A stretch of DNA of 64,000 nucleotides from Anolis carolinensis (taxonomy: Eukaryota). Below, piece after piece: positions 36,500-49,600 of this stretch. A model generated the notes under the pieces. It ran no database searches and was not told the DNA's origin. It saw nothing but the letters and a program-made list of their open reading frames with translations. Position numbers and translations under genes: made by a program. Each line of letters begins with the position of its first letter. Position 1 is the stretch's first letter. The stretch is from assembly GCF_035594765.1 (NCBI RefSeq), contig NW_026943819.1:29686703-29750702 (forward strand), in the 5' to 3' direction.

Positions 36500-36670
36500 C
36501 CGGTGTCGAGAGGCAGCTGTGGTCCGATGCGCCCGCAGAGGCCAAAGGACGCGCCAGGGAGCCTGTCCTCGGCCCACCTGCTTTCCAGGTAGCAGCAGCA
36601 GCAGCCCTGGTCCGACAGCCCAGAAACCAATCAGGTGCCGCCAGGAATGTAAATAATTAACACACCTGGA
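36500..36670 (-). promoter_or_regulatory. NPC1L1 proximal promoter with HNF1 site
   Basis: GTTAATTATTTAC on the minus strand (36649-36661) matches the HNF1 consensus. CCAAT at about 36627 and DR1-like AGGCCA-A-AGGACG at about 36539-36551, just upstream of the ATG. Confidence 0.6.
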
Positions 36671-37304
36671 GAACGCTCCTCAAGCCTCCCTGGAGCCAGA
36701 TGGGTGCCCAAGAGCCTCTCCAGAGCCTGGCCGTGGGGCAGGACACAGGAGGGAACCCATGGCCACCAATGGCATCTCTCCTTGCTCTGCGTGGAGGGGC
36801 AACCCATCGTGTACATTTCCACAGACGGCCACCCCTTCCAGGGCCAGAGTGCCAACAGGGTCACTTCCACTCTTTTGAACTCAACCTTCCCAATGCCGCG
36901 ACCCCTTAATACAGTTCCTCATGTTGTGGTGACCCACCAAACATCACATTATTTTTTGTTGCTACTTCATAATTTTGCTGCATCAGTATATCTGATGTAC
37001 AGGATAGATCTTCATTCACTGGACCAAATTTGGCACAAATACCCGATACACCCAAATTTGAATACTGGCAGGGTTCGACACAGGGAATGATTTTGTCATT
37101 TGGGAGTTGTACTTGCTGGGATTTATAGTTCACCTACGGTACAATCAAAGAGCATTCTGAACCCACCAACAATGGAACTGAACCAAACTTGGCTCACAGA
37201 ACTCCCGTGACCAACAAGAAATGCTGGAATGGTTTGGTGAGCACTGACTTTGAGTTTTGGAAACGTGGTTCACCCACATCCAGAGAGCACTGTGGACTCA
37301 AACA

Positions 37305-37790
37305 ATGAGGCAAGTAGAGTTAATATAGCTGTGAAATGATGTCCAGGGTAGGAGAAATAACTTTTACCTCACAACCTCTGAGGATGCCTGCCATAGATGT
37401 GGGCAAAACATCAGGAGAGAATGCTTCTGGAATATGGCCAGACAGCCCAGAAAACATACAACAACCCAAAGGTTAGAAATATATACACCACTGTCCTAGT
37501 TTCCAACAGACTCCACAACCTCTGAGGATGCCTGCCATAGATGTGGGCAAAACATCAGGAGAGAATGCTTCTGGAACATAGCCATACAGCCCGGAAAACT
37601 CACAGCAACCCAAAGGTCAGAAATATATACACCACTGTCCTAGTTTCCGACAGACTCCACAACCTCTGAGGATGCCTGCCATAGATGTGGGTGAAACATC
37701 AGGAGAGAATGCTTCTGGAACATGGCCAGACAGTCTGGAAAACTCACAGCAACCCAGTGATTCCGGCCATGAAAGCCTTCGACAACACAT
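37305..37790 (+). repeat. Three tandem 144-bp Penelope terminal-repeat units, each with a hammerhead-like core
   Basis: CTGAGGA starts at 37378, 37522 and 37666 (period 144). Confidence 0.8.
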
Positions 37791-38604
37791 TATTAAAGGT
37801 GTTTCTCTATCCCTTCCCAAGCCACAAAGGCTCTTGCGGTGCTGAAGCAATAAAAACCAATGCAAGCCATATGAAGACCAAAGTATTTTAAAACACACTA
37901 AAGAGGGGCAGCTGCCCACTTAAAATGATAGAATCCTAAAGTTGGAAAAGACCTGGTGGGCCATCCAGTCCAACCCCCTGCCAAGAAGCAGGAAAATCAC
38001 ATTCAAAGCCTCCCCGACAGATGGCCATCCAGCCTCTGTTTAAAAACCTCCAAAGAAGGAGCCTCCACCACTTCTTGCAAATGCCAAAGGCATCGTGGTC
38101 CCAATCTCTGGCCAGGAAGCACCAGGTGGGAAACTGAGGCAGGGGCAAACAGGTGTCAGACGTGCCACACAGGGAGGCCAAACAAGAGCACCTGGAACGT
38201 CATGCCTCTTGCCCTGGGCATGCAGGGACAACGTCAGCGTCACCGGGGCCCACGTTCCCACCCAGGTGGAGCCCTTATCTGCCTTCCTCAAGGTTTACAG
38301 CCCCAGCCTGGCCTTGACACCCGGCGATAAGGCCACAGATGGGCCAGAGTCCGGTCCTGTGGGGAATGGAGATGTGGCGGAGCCCAGGCGCCCAAAAGCA
38401 GAGCGTAAAGGGCAAAGGGAGGGTCGGGTGGGGCTCGGTCGGCACAAAGGCCAAACCAGGGCACGAAACGGCAACAGGAGACGACGACGCAGGAAGGACG
38501 GGCATCTTGGGTTGTTTTCTCATGTCAGCCACCCCAAGTCCCTTCAGGGAGACAGAGGCGGGGTACAAGAATAAAATTATTATTATTACTGTTATTATTA
38601 TTAT

Positions 38605-39283
38605 TAGCTGTGCCCGGCCACGCATTGCTGTAGCGTAGTCCTAAGTGGGGTTTTCTTCATGGCATTCAAGGTGGCCTAGAAAGGATTCCCCTAGGTATGA
38701 AGCAGGCAGGCTTTGAAGCTGCAAGGCTATTCAATGGCATTCAAGTTGGGTAACAATGGAGTCCCCTAGGTATGAAGCAGCCAGGCTTTGAAGCTGCAAG
38801 GCTATTCAATGGCATTCAAGCTGGGTAACAATGGAGTCCCCTAGGTATGAAGCAGCCAGGCTTTGAAGCTGCAAGGCTATTCAATGGTATTCAAGTTGGG
38901 TAACAATGGAATCCCCTAGGTAGGAAGCAGCCAGGCTTTGAAGCTGCAAGGCTACTCAACGGTATTAAAGTTAGGTAACAATGGAGTCCCCTAGGTATGA
39001 AGCAGCCAGGCTTTGAAGCTACAAGGCTATTCAATGGTATTCAGTTGGCCAATAATGGAGTCCCTTAGGTATGAAGCAGCCAGGCTTTGAAGCTACAAGG
39101 CTATTCAAGTTGGCCAACAATGGGATTTTTTTGGCCTTGTCTCTGTTTTCTTTCTTTTTCTTTTCTGATGGGTCACCCCTTGGAAAGTGATTAGTTTTGT
39201 GGCCAAATCTGGTGTGATTTGGCCCAGGGGTTTTGTTGTTAACTCGGTCCTAATTATTCACATTACATAGTTAGATAGATAGA
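38605..39283 (-). mobile_element. Helitron-like element carrying a 75-bp tandem array
   Basis: Helitron 3' end (TAGCTGTGCCCGGCCACG). Units CCCCTAGGTATGAAGCAGCCAGGCTTTGAAGC at 38688, 38763, 38838, 38913, 38988 and about 39062. Confidence 0.6.
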
Positions 39284-39581
39284 CAGACAGACAGACAGAC
39301 TACGGGCACTCAATGGAGACCCAGGAAGGCCCCCCCACCCCAGTGCAAAGGAAGCAAACGCAAGAATTATCCGAACACCATGAACCAGGAAGGAGTCTCG
39401 TTTATGCTGGGAAGTCCCCGGTGACCAAAGGACGCTGCTGCTGCTGCTCCAGTCTCCCTCCGAGGCAAAAAAAGCCCAGTCCAGACTAACTTTGTTGGTG
39501 GGCAGTTGAGGAGAGCGTCACTGTCCTTGTTCCATAAGCCGCCCCATCTGCTCCGCAGTCCTGGCCATCAAGGCAGGGAAT

Positions 39582-42500
39582 TCAAGGGCCTGAAGGAGTG
39601 GCTTTGGACTTGGTGGCTGATTTCCTCGGCCTCCGCTTCACGGAACTGAAGCTGCGCAGGGGGTTCTTCTGGCCCTGCAGGGAGGAAGAAGAAGCAGAAG
39701 TAGTAGTAATTGTTGTCATTATTATCCTTTATTCATTTTTATCCCGTTTTACTCCCATGGGTAGGATTCAAAGCGGCGAGCAGTGATTAAAAACACAAAG
39801 ATTACATAAAATACACATTCAGCAAAACATCATAAGCCAACTAAAACAGGTCCTCCACTTAGGCAGAACAAATGGAATGCAGAGACAGACTAGGGGACGA
39901 TGCCTGGCTCGACAGTAGGACGTGGGAAAAAGGTCTCTTAGGGAGGAAGATGAACTATTTATTTATTATTTATTTACAGTATTTATATTCCGCCCTTTTT
40001 TCTCACCCCGAAGGGGACTCAGGGCGGATTACAATGAACACATATATGGCAAACATTCAATGCCAACAGACAAACAACATACATTAGACAGACTCAGAGG
40101 CATTTTTAACATTTTTCCAGCTTCACGATTCCGGCCACAGGGGGAGCTGTTGCTTCACCGTCCAGTAGTGGCTGTACTTCCTCATTCCTTTCCTAGTGTT
40201 TTGCTGGCAGTTTTATGGTGTTGTAAATTAGCCTCCCCGCATAAAGCGTCCCTAAATTTCCCTAATTGACAGATGCAACTGTCTTTCGGGGCTGCATAGG
40301 TCAACAGCAAGCCGGGGCTGTTAATGGTCGGAGGCTTAACCCGACCTGGGCTTCGAACTCATCATGACCTCTCGGTCAGTAGTGATTTATAGCAGCTGGT
40401 TACTAGCCAATGTGATGCGGCATCTAAAAAAGCCAATGGGATTTTGACCTGCATCAATGGGAGTCCAGTGCCTAGATCCAGGGATGGAAGTCCTGTTCCC
40501 CTCTCTTCCGATTCTTCCTTGGTCAGACCACTTTACCTGGAATCACCCCTCTCTGGACACCTTCCAGCTTGTCAATAGCTTTCCTGAATTGGTACCTTAT
40601 CTGGAACCTTTGTGTGATTCTGATGTGCCTTTGCATGACTCTGATGAAGATTCTGGGTTATATGAGCATAATGATGGGATTCAGGATGAATTTGAGGATG
40701 ACTCTGATGCTGGGAATTATAGGGGCATTCCAGCTGTGGGAAATGAAGAGTAGGGAGTTCTTCTCATGGGAATAAATCATGGTGTTGTTTCTAACGAGGA
40801 ATTTCAGGTGCAGGGAGTGGAAAGGGAGGATAACGCTTTGCCGCCTGATAATGAGCTCAGTGGCCTTAAATCTGGAGATCTCGATCGGGCTGCGAGACTG
40901 GAATTTAGAGGGTTGCGGAGAAGCCTTTGCATAGCCAATAAACAAGAGTTCAAAGGGCAACGGTATGCCTTTATGTCATGCTTTTAAAACAGTCTGTTTG
41001 CAGAGAGATCTCTGTCAATGCAACTCCATCGCTTGATCTAGAATCAAGTCGGCTTTCCTGTGCTAAGTTTGCCTTCCTGTAATATCTTGTGGATATATTG
41101 TTTGCTGGGACTTTTGGCTTCAATGAAAAGGACCTTTCTATGGACTTAATGCTTACAGCCTTGGTTTTGTACCTACCTTTTGGAACTGAACTTTTACCCC
41201 TTTTATGAACTATCTTTTGCCTATTATCTAAATCTATATATATAAAAGAGTGATGGAATCCTGGCGACCGACAAAACAACAAAACTACAGGCCCCCCAAC
41301 CTCGAAATTTGACAACACAACCCATCATCCATGCCTCTAGGTTGATACAACAAAAAGAAAAGAAAAATAAAGTCCTAATTAGAGGGAGAGGAATAATTGC
41401 TTTTATCCAATTGCTGCCAGTTAGAAGGCTAAGCTCCTCCAACTTGGTCTCCTAGCAACCCAATAAAAAATAATAAAAAACACTAAAAATTAATACAATA
41501 AAATACTATAATAACAGAAAATAACTAAAAATAATACAAGAAAATAATAAAATATAATAAATAAAAATATAACTTACAATAAAATTAATAAAAAATTGCA
41601 AATAACGTCAAATAAAAATTACACAACAATTTTTAACCAATATCATCACCACTTTGCCACAGCAACGTGTGGCCGGGCACAGCTAGTAAACTACAAAAGA
41701 CTACTTCTTGTGTGTGGCTTGGTGTCTTTAGCAAGGAGAAGCTGACCTGAGGTGTGACAGACTGGCAGATAGGGATCATGCTGGGAACAAGCAAGAAACC
41801 AACCTTGTTGCTGCGAGGCGGGATCCGCTTCTGCCGCTGGTGCTTCCTCAGGAACGGCCGGGCAATGGACCGGAGGGTGGGGGGCACTGTGGGAGGGAGA
41901 GAGGTAGTTGTTGAGCCTCCACGTCCCACCCCAAAGGCTACTGCCAACTGGATCTTCCATTGTCTTCCTCCCCACTCCCTTCCAGTCACGTGGTGCTTTC
42001 CTTCAGATGAAAGAAGAGCAGCTCCAGGGACATGGTGGGCTCCTGATCTGGACACATGGAAGTGAGGGGCTGGAGGGGAAGGAGAGGGCTGCCCCCCCCC
42101 CCCCCCGCAAATCTGTTGGAGTTCAGCCTTTGATCATGCCAGCACCTTATGTCACTGGGGATTCCAGGCCTGCAAGCCAGCCTGGTGTCATTGGGGATTC
42201 TGGGCCTGCAAACCACCAGCAGGTGATTTTAAATCCTGAAAGTGAGCCTCTGTCTGAAGGCCGCATTCCCGAAAGGCCATTTGCTAGGGAAGCAAGGTCA
42301 GAAGCAGAGCTGAGCTCAGAGGATGAGCTGAGATGGAGGATGAGATTCCAGGTGGACAGACTAATGAGCTGGTAGATAGGAGATTTATGTTCCGTCAACA
42401 CAGAGCTTCTCAGGTGAGTTTGAGAAAGTCAAGACACCTATTAGCCAAAAAGCTCTTATCAAGGGAAAAGGCATGATTGTCTGTCTATATTAACAAGACC

Positions 42501-43615
42501 AAAGGGGATTTCGCCAGTCTAGTTAAGCCTGAAAAGGGATTTCTAGTTCCATGTTTCCTGTTGCTCATGTTCCACTCTTCCAAGTTTTAAATATTATTCC
42601 TGAATCTCATGTTTTGCTATTCTTGTACTTCAAATTTTGTGGACTAATTCTTGTATATTTTGAATTCTGTGGACTATTTCTGACATTTAGACTTTGTTTT
42701 TTATACTATTTTTGCTGAACTGCTTTTTATATATATTCTTCAATAAACTGCTTTGCTATTTCCCTTTGGACGGAGTGTGGTGTTAAGTGCAGAGGTGCCT
42801 CCCAGCCCCGGAGTACAACAAAATGCCCCTCTGCCCAGAGGAAACTCTCCCTCGCCCCCTTGGTCTCTTACTGGCCACTTACCCAGGTATTCCGGCACAT
42901 TGCGCAGGTGGGGCTTGACCACAGCGGGGTGAAGGGGCTTGTCGTGGCGGAGCAGATCCCAATCCCGGGGATTGTCCTCAAAGTAGGTCTGGGGGGAAAA
43001 AGGAGGGAGGGAGGGGTTGTGAGCAGAGGCCCAAGACAGGGACACCAAGCATCATCCCACAGGAGCCCATGGGGAGGGGTCCTACTACTCTCCCCAACGC
43101 AAACCCAAAGAGGATACCTTCAGCTTCTCAGAGTTGAGCAGCTCTTCCTTGATCTCCCGAAGACGGGCTTCTTTGATGGCCTGCTTGGTGACCGAGCGCA
43201 TGGCATCCTGGGAGGAAAGGGGTCAAATGAAGAGATATTGGGGTAGAGGAGTGGGATAAAGGGGGCCATATCTAACACTCCCCCAAAGCAGTAGCTGGAC
43301 CCAAGATGGCCGGGTATTTTATTTATTCATTTATTTATTTACTACATTTATATCCTGCTCTTCTCACCCCGAAGGGGACTCAGAGCGGCTTACAAATCAA
43401 ATGTACATACAATGTATTATTAGCATAGCACAATGTAAGCATTAAATTAGTATATTGTACTACATCATTGTATGGTAATACTATTAGTAACATTACATTT
43501 AATATATAATATAAAATTAATATTATTACATTATACTATTAATATAATATTGTATTACATTATAATATGATCAATATTATATGTATATACAATATATTAT
43601 ATATTTATAAATTAT

Positions 43616-43646
<31 letters not shown>

Positions 43647-46600
43647 GGAGTCCCGGTGGCGGTGCATTAAAGCACTGAGCTGGAGACTGAAAGGTCCCAG
43701 GTTCAAACCCCAGGAGCAGAGTGAGCGCCTGCTGTTAGCTCCAGCTCCTGCCAACCTAGCAGTTTGAAAACATGCCAATGTGAGTAGATCAATAGGTACC
43801 GTTACGGAGTGAATCCGCAGAAAGCGAACTTCGAAGTAGTGAGGGAACACTCGAAAAGTTGGGGGTAGTCTTATACGCCGGAAAATATGGTACACCTGCT
43901 ATCGTGGAATAGAATGGGAATGGGCAGGAAGAGGTGGGAGGCTTGTGGCGCCAGGAGACTCCACGAGCAGGTAAGCCGCTTACCTGGCAGCGGTAGCGGA
44001 AGCCCTCCACCTCCTCCATCCGGAACTGGTACGGCCGCAGGGGGGTTTCGCTGCTGTCTGGAAAGAGAAAGGAGCAGCTCTTGTGAAAGGCGCCTCTGAA
44101 CCGGCCCCCATTCAGAAAGAACTAGCTGTGCCCGGCCACGTGTTGCTGTGGCTTGTGGGAATGCTTTGTTGGCCAGGTGGAACAGAAGTGAATAACCTTG
44201 GAGCCTCAAAGCCTGGCCGTTTTTTTCTTAGCTGGAATGCAACGGAATAGGCTTGCTGCTTAGAAGACTGGGTACTTGCGTTCTAAGGAATTTTTTTTTT
44301 ACTGCTAGAATTGCAATGAATAGCCTCATTGCTTCAAAGCCTGGCTGCTTGCGACCTAGGGGAACCTTTGGTTGGTCAGCTTCTGAAGTACAGAGTAGTA
44401 TAGCTGCTTCAAAGCCTGGCCCTGATTGTTTCCAGTCTGGAATTCTCCTGTTTTCAGAGTGTTGTTCTTTATTAACTGCCCTGGTTGTAGAGTTTTGTAA
44501 TGCTGGCTGCCTCGTTTTATTCATTTTCCTGGTTCCCTGCTCGCACCCAGCACCCCTCCCTCCTTCCACTTTCAAAGAATTTTATCCCAACGGAGTTGGG
44601 ATAAAAGGCACAATCAAAGCACTCCTGATAGATGGCCATATGCAGAGTCTCCTTAAAAACCTCCAGAGAAGGAGCCTCTCACGTACCTCCCGTCAGCGCA
44701 GACTCAATGTTGGCTAACAGCGGGTACTCAGCCGGAGAGACAAAAGTCAGAACGGTGCCAGGATTGTCCACACGGGCCGTCCTGCAGGAAAGTGGGGGTC
44801 GGGGGGGGGGGGGGGAGCCAGGAAAAAAGCATCTCAGGAAACAGCCTCCAGAGCACCCCACCCCGTCCAATAGAAATAATTATATAGAAATATATTGTAT
44901 ATACATATAATATTAATAATATTATTTTGTAATACAAAATAATACGAATAATACAATATAATATTAATTATATATTACATGTAATATTACAATATATTGA
45001 TATAGTACAACATAGTAATTTATTGCCAGTATTGTGCTATGCTAATAATATAATATTGTATGTAGATTTAATTTGTAATCCGCTCTGAGTCCCCTTTGGG
45101 GTGAGAAGGGTGGGATATAAATGTATTAAATAAGAAATAAAGAAATAAATAAGCCCCAGACCCAACTCACCTCCCCGCGCGGTGGATGTAGGACTCCACG
45201 GAGGGAGGGAAGTCGAAGTTGAAGACGGCAGAGACATTCTGGAAATCGATCCCACGTGAAACACCGTATTCCTGGTCTCTGGTCCTATGGAAGAGAGGAG
45301 ATGGGGGCGGGGGCTGGAGTCAAGAGTATCCCCCCACTGACCCATTTGATTCCCTACTGCAGAAACCACCCAAGCTCTGTGAGCCTCTAGTGACATTGCA
45401 GGTTATAGCAAGCGCCGTGAACATGTTCAAGAGCCCTGCCAGTGTCCTCCTACATCTTTATGCATTTTCTAATGGGAGCATTCATAAAAAACAACAGAAA
45501 AGACTGGCTTTTTCCTAATAAACAGTGTTACTAATTAACTACATGATATTACCAAACACCCCAAAACAAACGATGGTCCCCACTAGGTCCCCAAGGGTAG
45601 TATAGATATACGAGGGCTATCCACAAAGTTAATGACGTTTTGGAATTAAAAATTAACAACGTATAGGAATAAATATTTATTATATACATTTGAAAGCCAC
45701 ACTGCAATAGTACTTTTAAATATAGTCCCCATTCAAAATTAGGCATGTTTCATAACTATTATTGATTTTTGAAAGTTATTACCCTCAGCGCTTTCCCGCC
45801 GCCGCCCTGAAGAGTGTGGAACCCGCGCTATTGCAATGCGGAAGCTCAGCCAGCTAAAGAATGAATGCAAAAAGAAGGGAGGAGCAAGCCAGAACCCCGC
45901 TCGCTCCCTTCTTTTGCGAGATCGCAAGAGAGAATCCCTTCTCGGGAGGCAAGAGAGCTGGCAGGAAGGGAAAGGGATGCCAGAAACTTTTGATTCTCTT
46001 TTGCGAATATTTATGAAACGTGCCTAATTTTGAATGGGGACTATATTTAAAAGTACTATTGCAGTGTGGCTTTCAAATGTATATAATATTTATTCCTATA
46101 CGTTGTTAATTTTTAATTCCAAAATGTCATTAACTTTGTGGATAGCCCTCGTTTAAATAGCGTGGCCCCCCAAACCCTGCCTACTTCTCTCCTTTGGAGC
46201 CCTTGCCGCCCCTTTTCCTCCTCTTCCCTTCCGGCGGCCCCTCCGGATCCGCCAGGTCCTGCTCGTCCGTCGCAATGATGTAATCGTAGAAGCCCTTGTT
46301 GAACTGGCTGATGATGTGGCACCTGGAAGGGAACACAAAGGGCCCCTGAGCGCAATCCAGGCCACAGGTCTCCCCAAAGCTCAACAATTTTATTTATTAT
46401 TTATTTACAGTATTTATATTCCGTCCTTTTTTCTCACCCCGAAGGGGACTCAGGGCGGATCACATTATATACATATAGGGCAAACATTCAATGCCCATAT
46501 ACACATAGAACCGAGACAGACACAGAGGCAATTTAACCTTCTCCTGAGGGGATGTTTGATTCTGGCCACAGGGGGGGGCAGCTGCTTCATCATCCACTGT

Positions 46601-49600
46601 GACGGCACTTCCTCATTCCAACGTCGTAAATTAGTTAAATTTGCCTCCCCACTTTATAAGTGGTACCTTATTCCCTACTTGATAGATGCAACTATCTTTC
46701 GGGTTGCTAGGTCAACAACGAGCAGGGGCTATTTTTTATTTTTTAATTGACGGGTGCTCACCCTGCCATGGGCTGGCCTCGAACTCATGACCTCATAGTC
46801 AGTGATTTATTGCAGCAGGCTGCTCACCAGCCTGCGCCACAGCCCGGCCCCTTGCTCCACCCCAATCCTTGCTCCACTTAAAAGTCCAAAGAGTTCGTGG
46901 GACGTTCCCCACCAAAGGCAAGAGGCACAGCCACAAGCAGTTCTAGCAAATGTTGGAAATGTGGAAAAAAAAATGCCGGGCCTGTTTTTATTGACAACAG
47001 CGGCAAGAATGTGTTATGCCAAACTATGGAAGGAGAAAGAGATTCCAGAGGATGATGCTTGGAATTATAAAGGTGCTTGACATAAGAAATATGGACAGAC
47101 TGACTTTCCTACTAGCAAAAAATAAAGGAATCCCAATTAAAGAAACAATATATATAAATATAAATGGGCTACAGAGAATATTCTGGTATTCTGTACAATA
47201 AAACCTGTTGTAATCTACCAGCATGTATCTTGGTGCTTCCTTCTGGTGGGAGACTTACCCACAGCACAACTGGAAGAAGAGAACCTAACAAGACTCCAGC
47301 TCCCAGGACGCTCATGAGCATAAGGTGGTCGGCTGCCGCAGCTCCCCACCCACCCACCCACCCACCCACTCACTCCCATTTTGCACAAACACACGCGGCC
47401 TGAAGGCTCACCGAGACTTGACTGGCAGCTCCGAGTTGAGGACGCAGGCCGGGATGCTGAACTGCTCCAGGAAGAGCTTGAGGCGATAGCAGCGCTCGAT
47501 GGAGCCCACGAAGAGGATGACCTTGCCGCGCACCAGCGACAGCTTCAGGAGGACACAGAGGAGCAGGAACTTGTTCTCCTCCGTCTCGCACTGGATGTGG
47601 AACTGGCTCAGCTGGGAGGGGCCGGGCAGCTGCGACTCCTGGAGTTTGAGGGTCACCTGGGGGCAAATGCAAAGGGACAGGTGAGGAGGGCACAGGTGTG
47701 GCTGTGCTTGCAGGCAAGGCTTCCCTGCTCCCCATCACGGAGCCACAAGGAGGGAGCCAGAGTGGCCACGTCTGCTCCACCAAGAAGCCTCTCCCAGCAG
47801 GAAAGGGACCCAGGCCCCATTGGCAGAGCCTCTGCCAAACCCCAACTGCGGCCCACCCCCCATCCCTCCTCTTTGGGTCTCTTTATGGGATATAAACACG
47901 TATAATAATAATTACAGGGTTGTGCAGCACCAGTTCCTTCAGCGTCTGCACGTCTTCGTTGAAGGTGGCCGACATGACGAAGGTCTGGTAAATCTTGGGT
48001 AAATAGCTGGAAAAGGAAAGAGTCCAAAAATCCATGCGGCCAAATTAAAAGCCCAATCCTACCAGCAAGAGCCAACTCTACGATTCCGCTATTCTGCTTC
48101 TTAGCAAGGAAAGCGCACCCACAAAATCCACTTCTATTCTCGGTCTCCTGGTCTAATGAAACTGAATCAGAGCCTGCCAAACACAGTGTCGTTCGTGTGT
48201 CAGCCTCCAAGATGCTGGAAATAAGATGGGGGAAAAACTGCCTTTACCTCTGTTGTTTATAATTGCCATTGAATGTTTGCCGTATGTGTGTTCTGTAAGC
48301 TGCTCTTAGTCCCCTTCAGGGTAAGAAGGGTGGGGTATACATACTGTAAATAAATAAAATAATCTGTCAGGGGTACTTTGGTTGTGAGAATATATAAATG
48401 AAAGGTTATCCTATGTTGTATTTATGTTTGTGTCTGTTTCTCTTATGAGGGGTCAGTTTAATCTCTGTTTTGCTAATAAAACTGAATGACTGTGCCGCGC
48501 ATTGATGCAGATCTGAAAAGCAGAAATGTTTGGAAAGCTCCGCTCCGGATAGTGAGCAGACAGAACCCCCCCCCCCCCCCCCCCCAGGCCCCCGTCTCTC
48601 ACCAGAGCAGGCTTTTGAGGTCCTCCTCGAAGCCGAAAGAGAAGAGCAGGTCGGCTTCATCGATGACCAGCACCTCCAGGGACTCCTGCAGGGACAGGCT
48701 GCGTGCCTGGAGGTGGGCAAGGACCCGAGAGGGGGTCCCGATCACAACGTCCGGCTTCTCCATCAGGACCGGCCTGGGAGGGAGCAAAGAACGTCACGGT
48801 GCTGGAAGCAACTTTCTTGGAGGCTTTTAAACAGAGGCTGATGGCCATCTCTTAGACATACAGTACACTTGAAGATAAGCTGAGTTTTTCAGCCCTTATC
48901 AGTGTGTTTTCTTTTCAGAAGCCTCCCTTGCTCTTCACAAAGGGAATGTTTTGAAAAAGGGAGAGGGAGAGAAGCCCTTGCAAGTCAGGAAAAATTGATT
49001 AATCTTGTAAAAGCATTTTCCCCAAAATATTTGTTCATCTCTCCTACATATAATACATAGGTATTTCCCCCTGCAAGTCTTTGCAATCCCTATGTACCTA
49101 TATATCTCCATCCATCCATCCATCCATCTACATTAATTTTATATATGAATTTTCCCCTCACATGTTTGCAAGTCTCTGCAAATCATACATATATCATATA
49201 AAGAGCCCGGGCTGTGGTGCAGGTTGGTGAGCAGCCAGCTGCAGCCAGCTGCAACAAATCACTCTGACCAAGAGGTCATGAGTTCGAGGCCAGCTCGGAG
49301 CCTGCATTTCTCTGTCTTTGTTCTATGTTAAGGCATTGAATGTTTGCCTTATACAGTAGAGTCTCACTCATCCAACGTAAACGGGCCGGCAGAACGTTGG
49401 ATAAGCAAATATGTTGGATAATAATGAGAGATTAAGGAAAAGCCTATTAAACATCAAATTAGGTTATGATTTTACGAATTAAGCACCAAAACATCATGTT
49501 ATACAACAAATTTGACAGAAAAAAGTAGTTCAATACGCAGTAGTGCTATGTAGTAATGACTGTATTTACGAATTTAGCACCAAAATATCACGATGTATTG

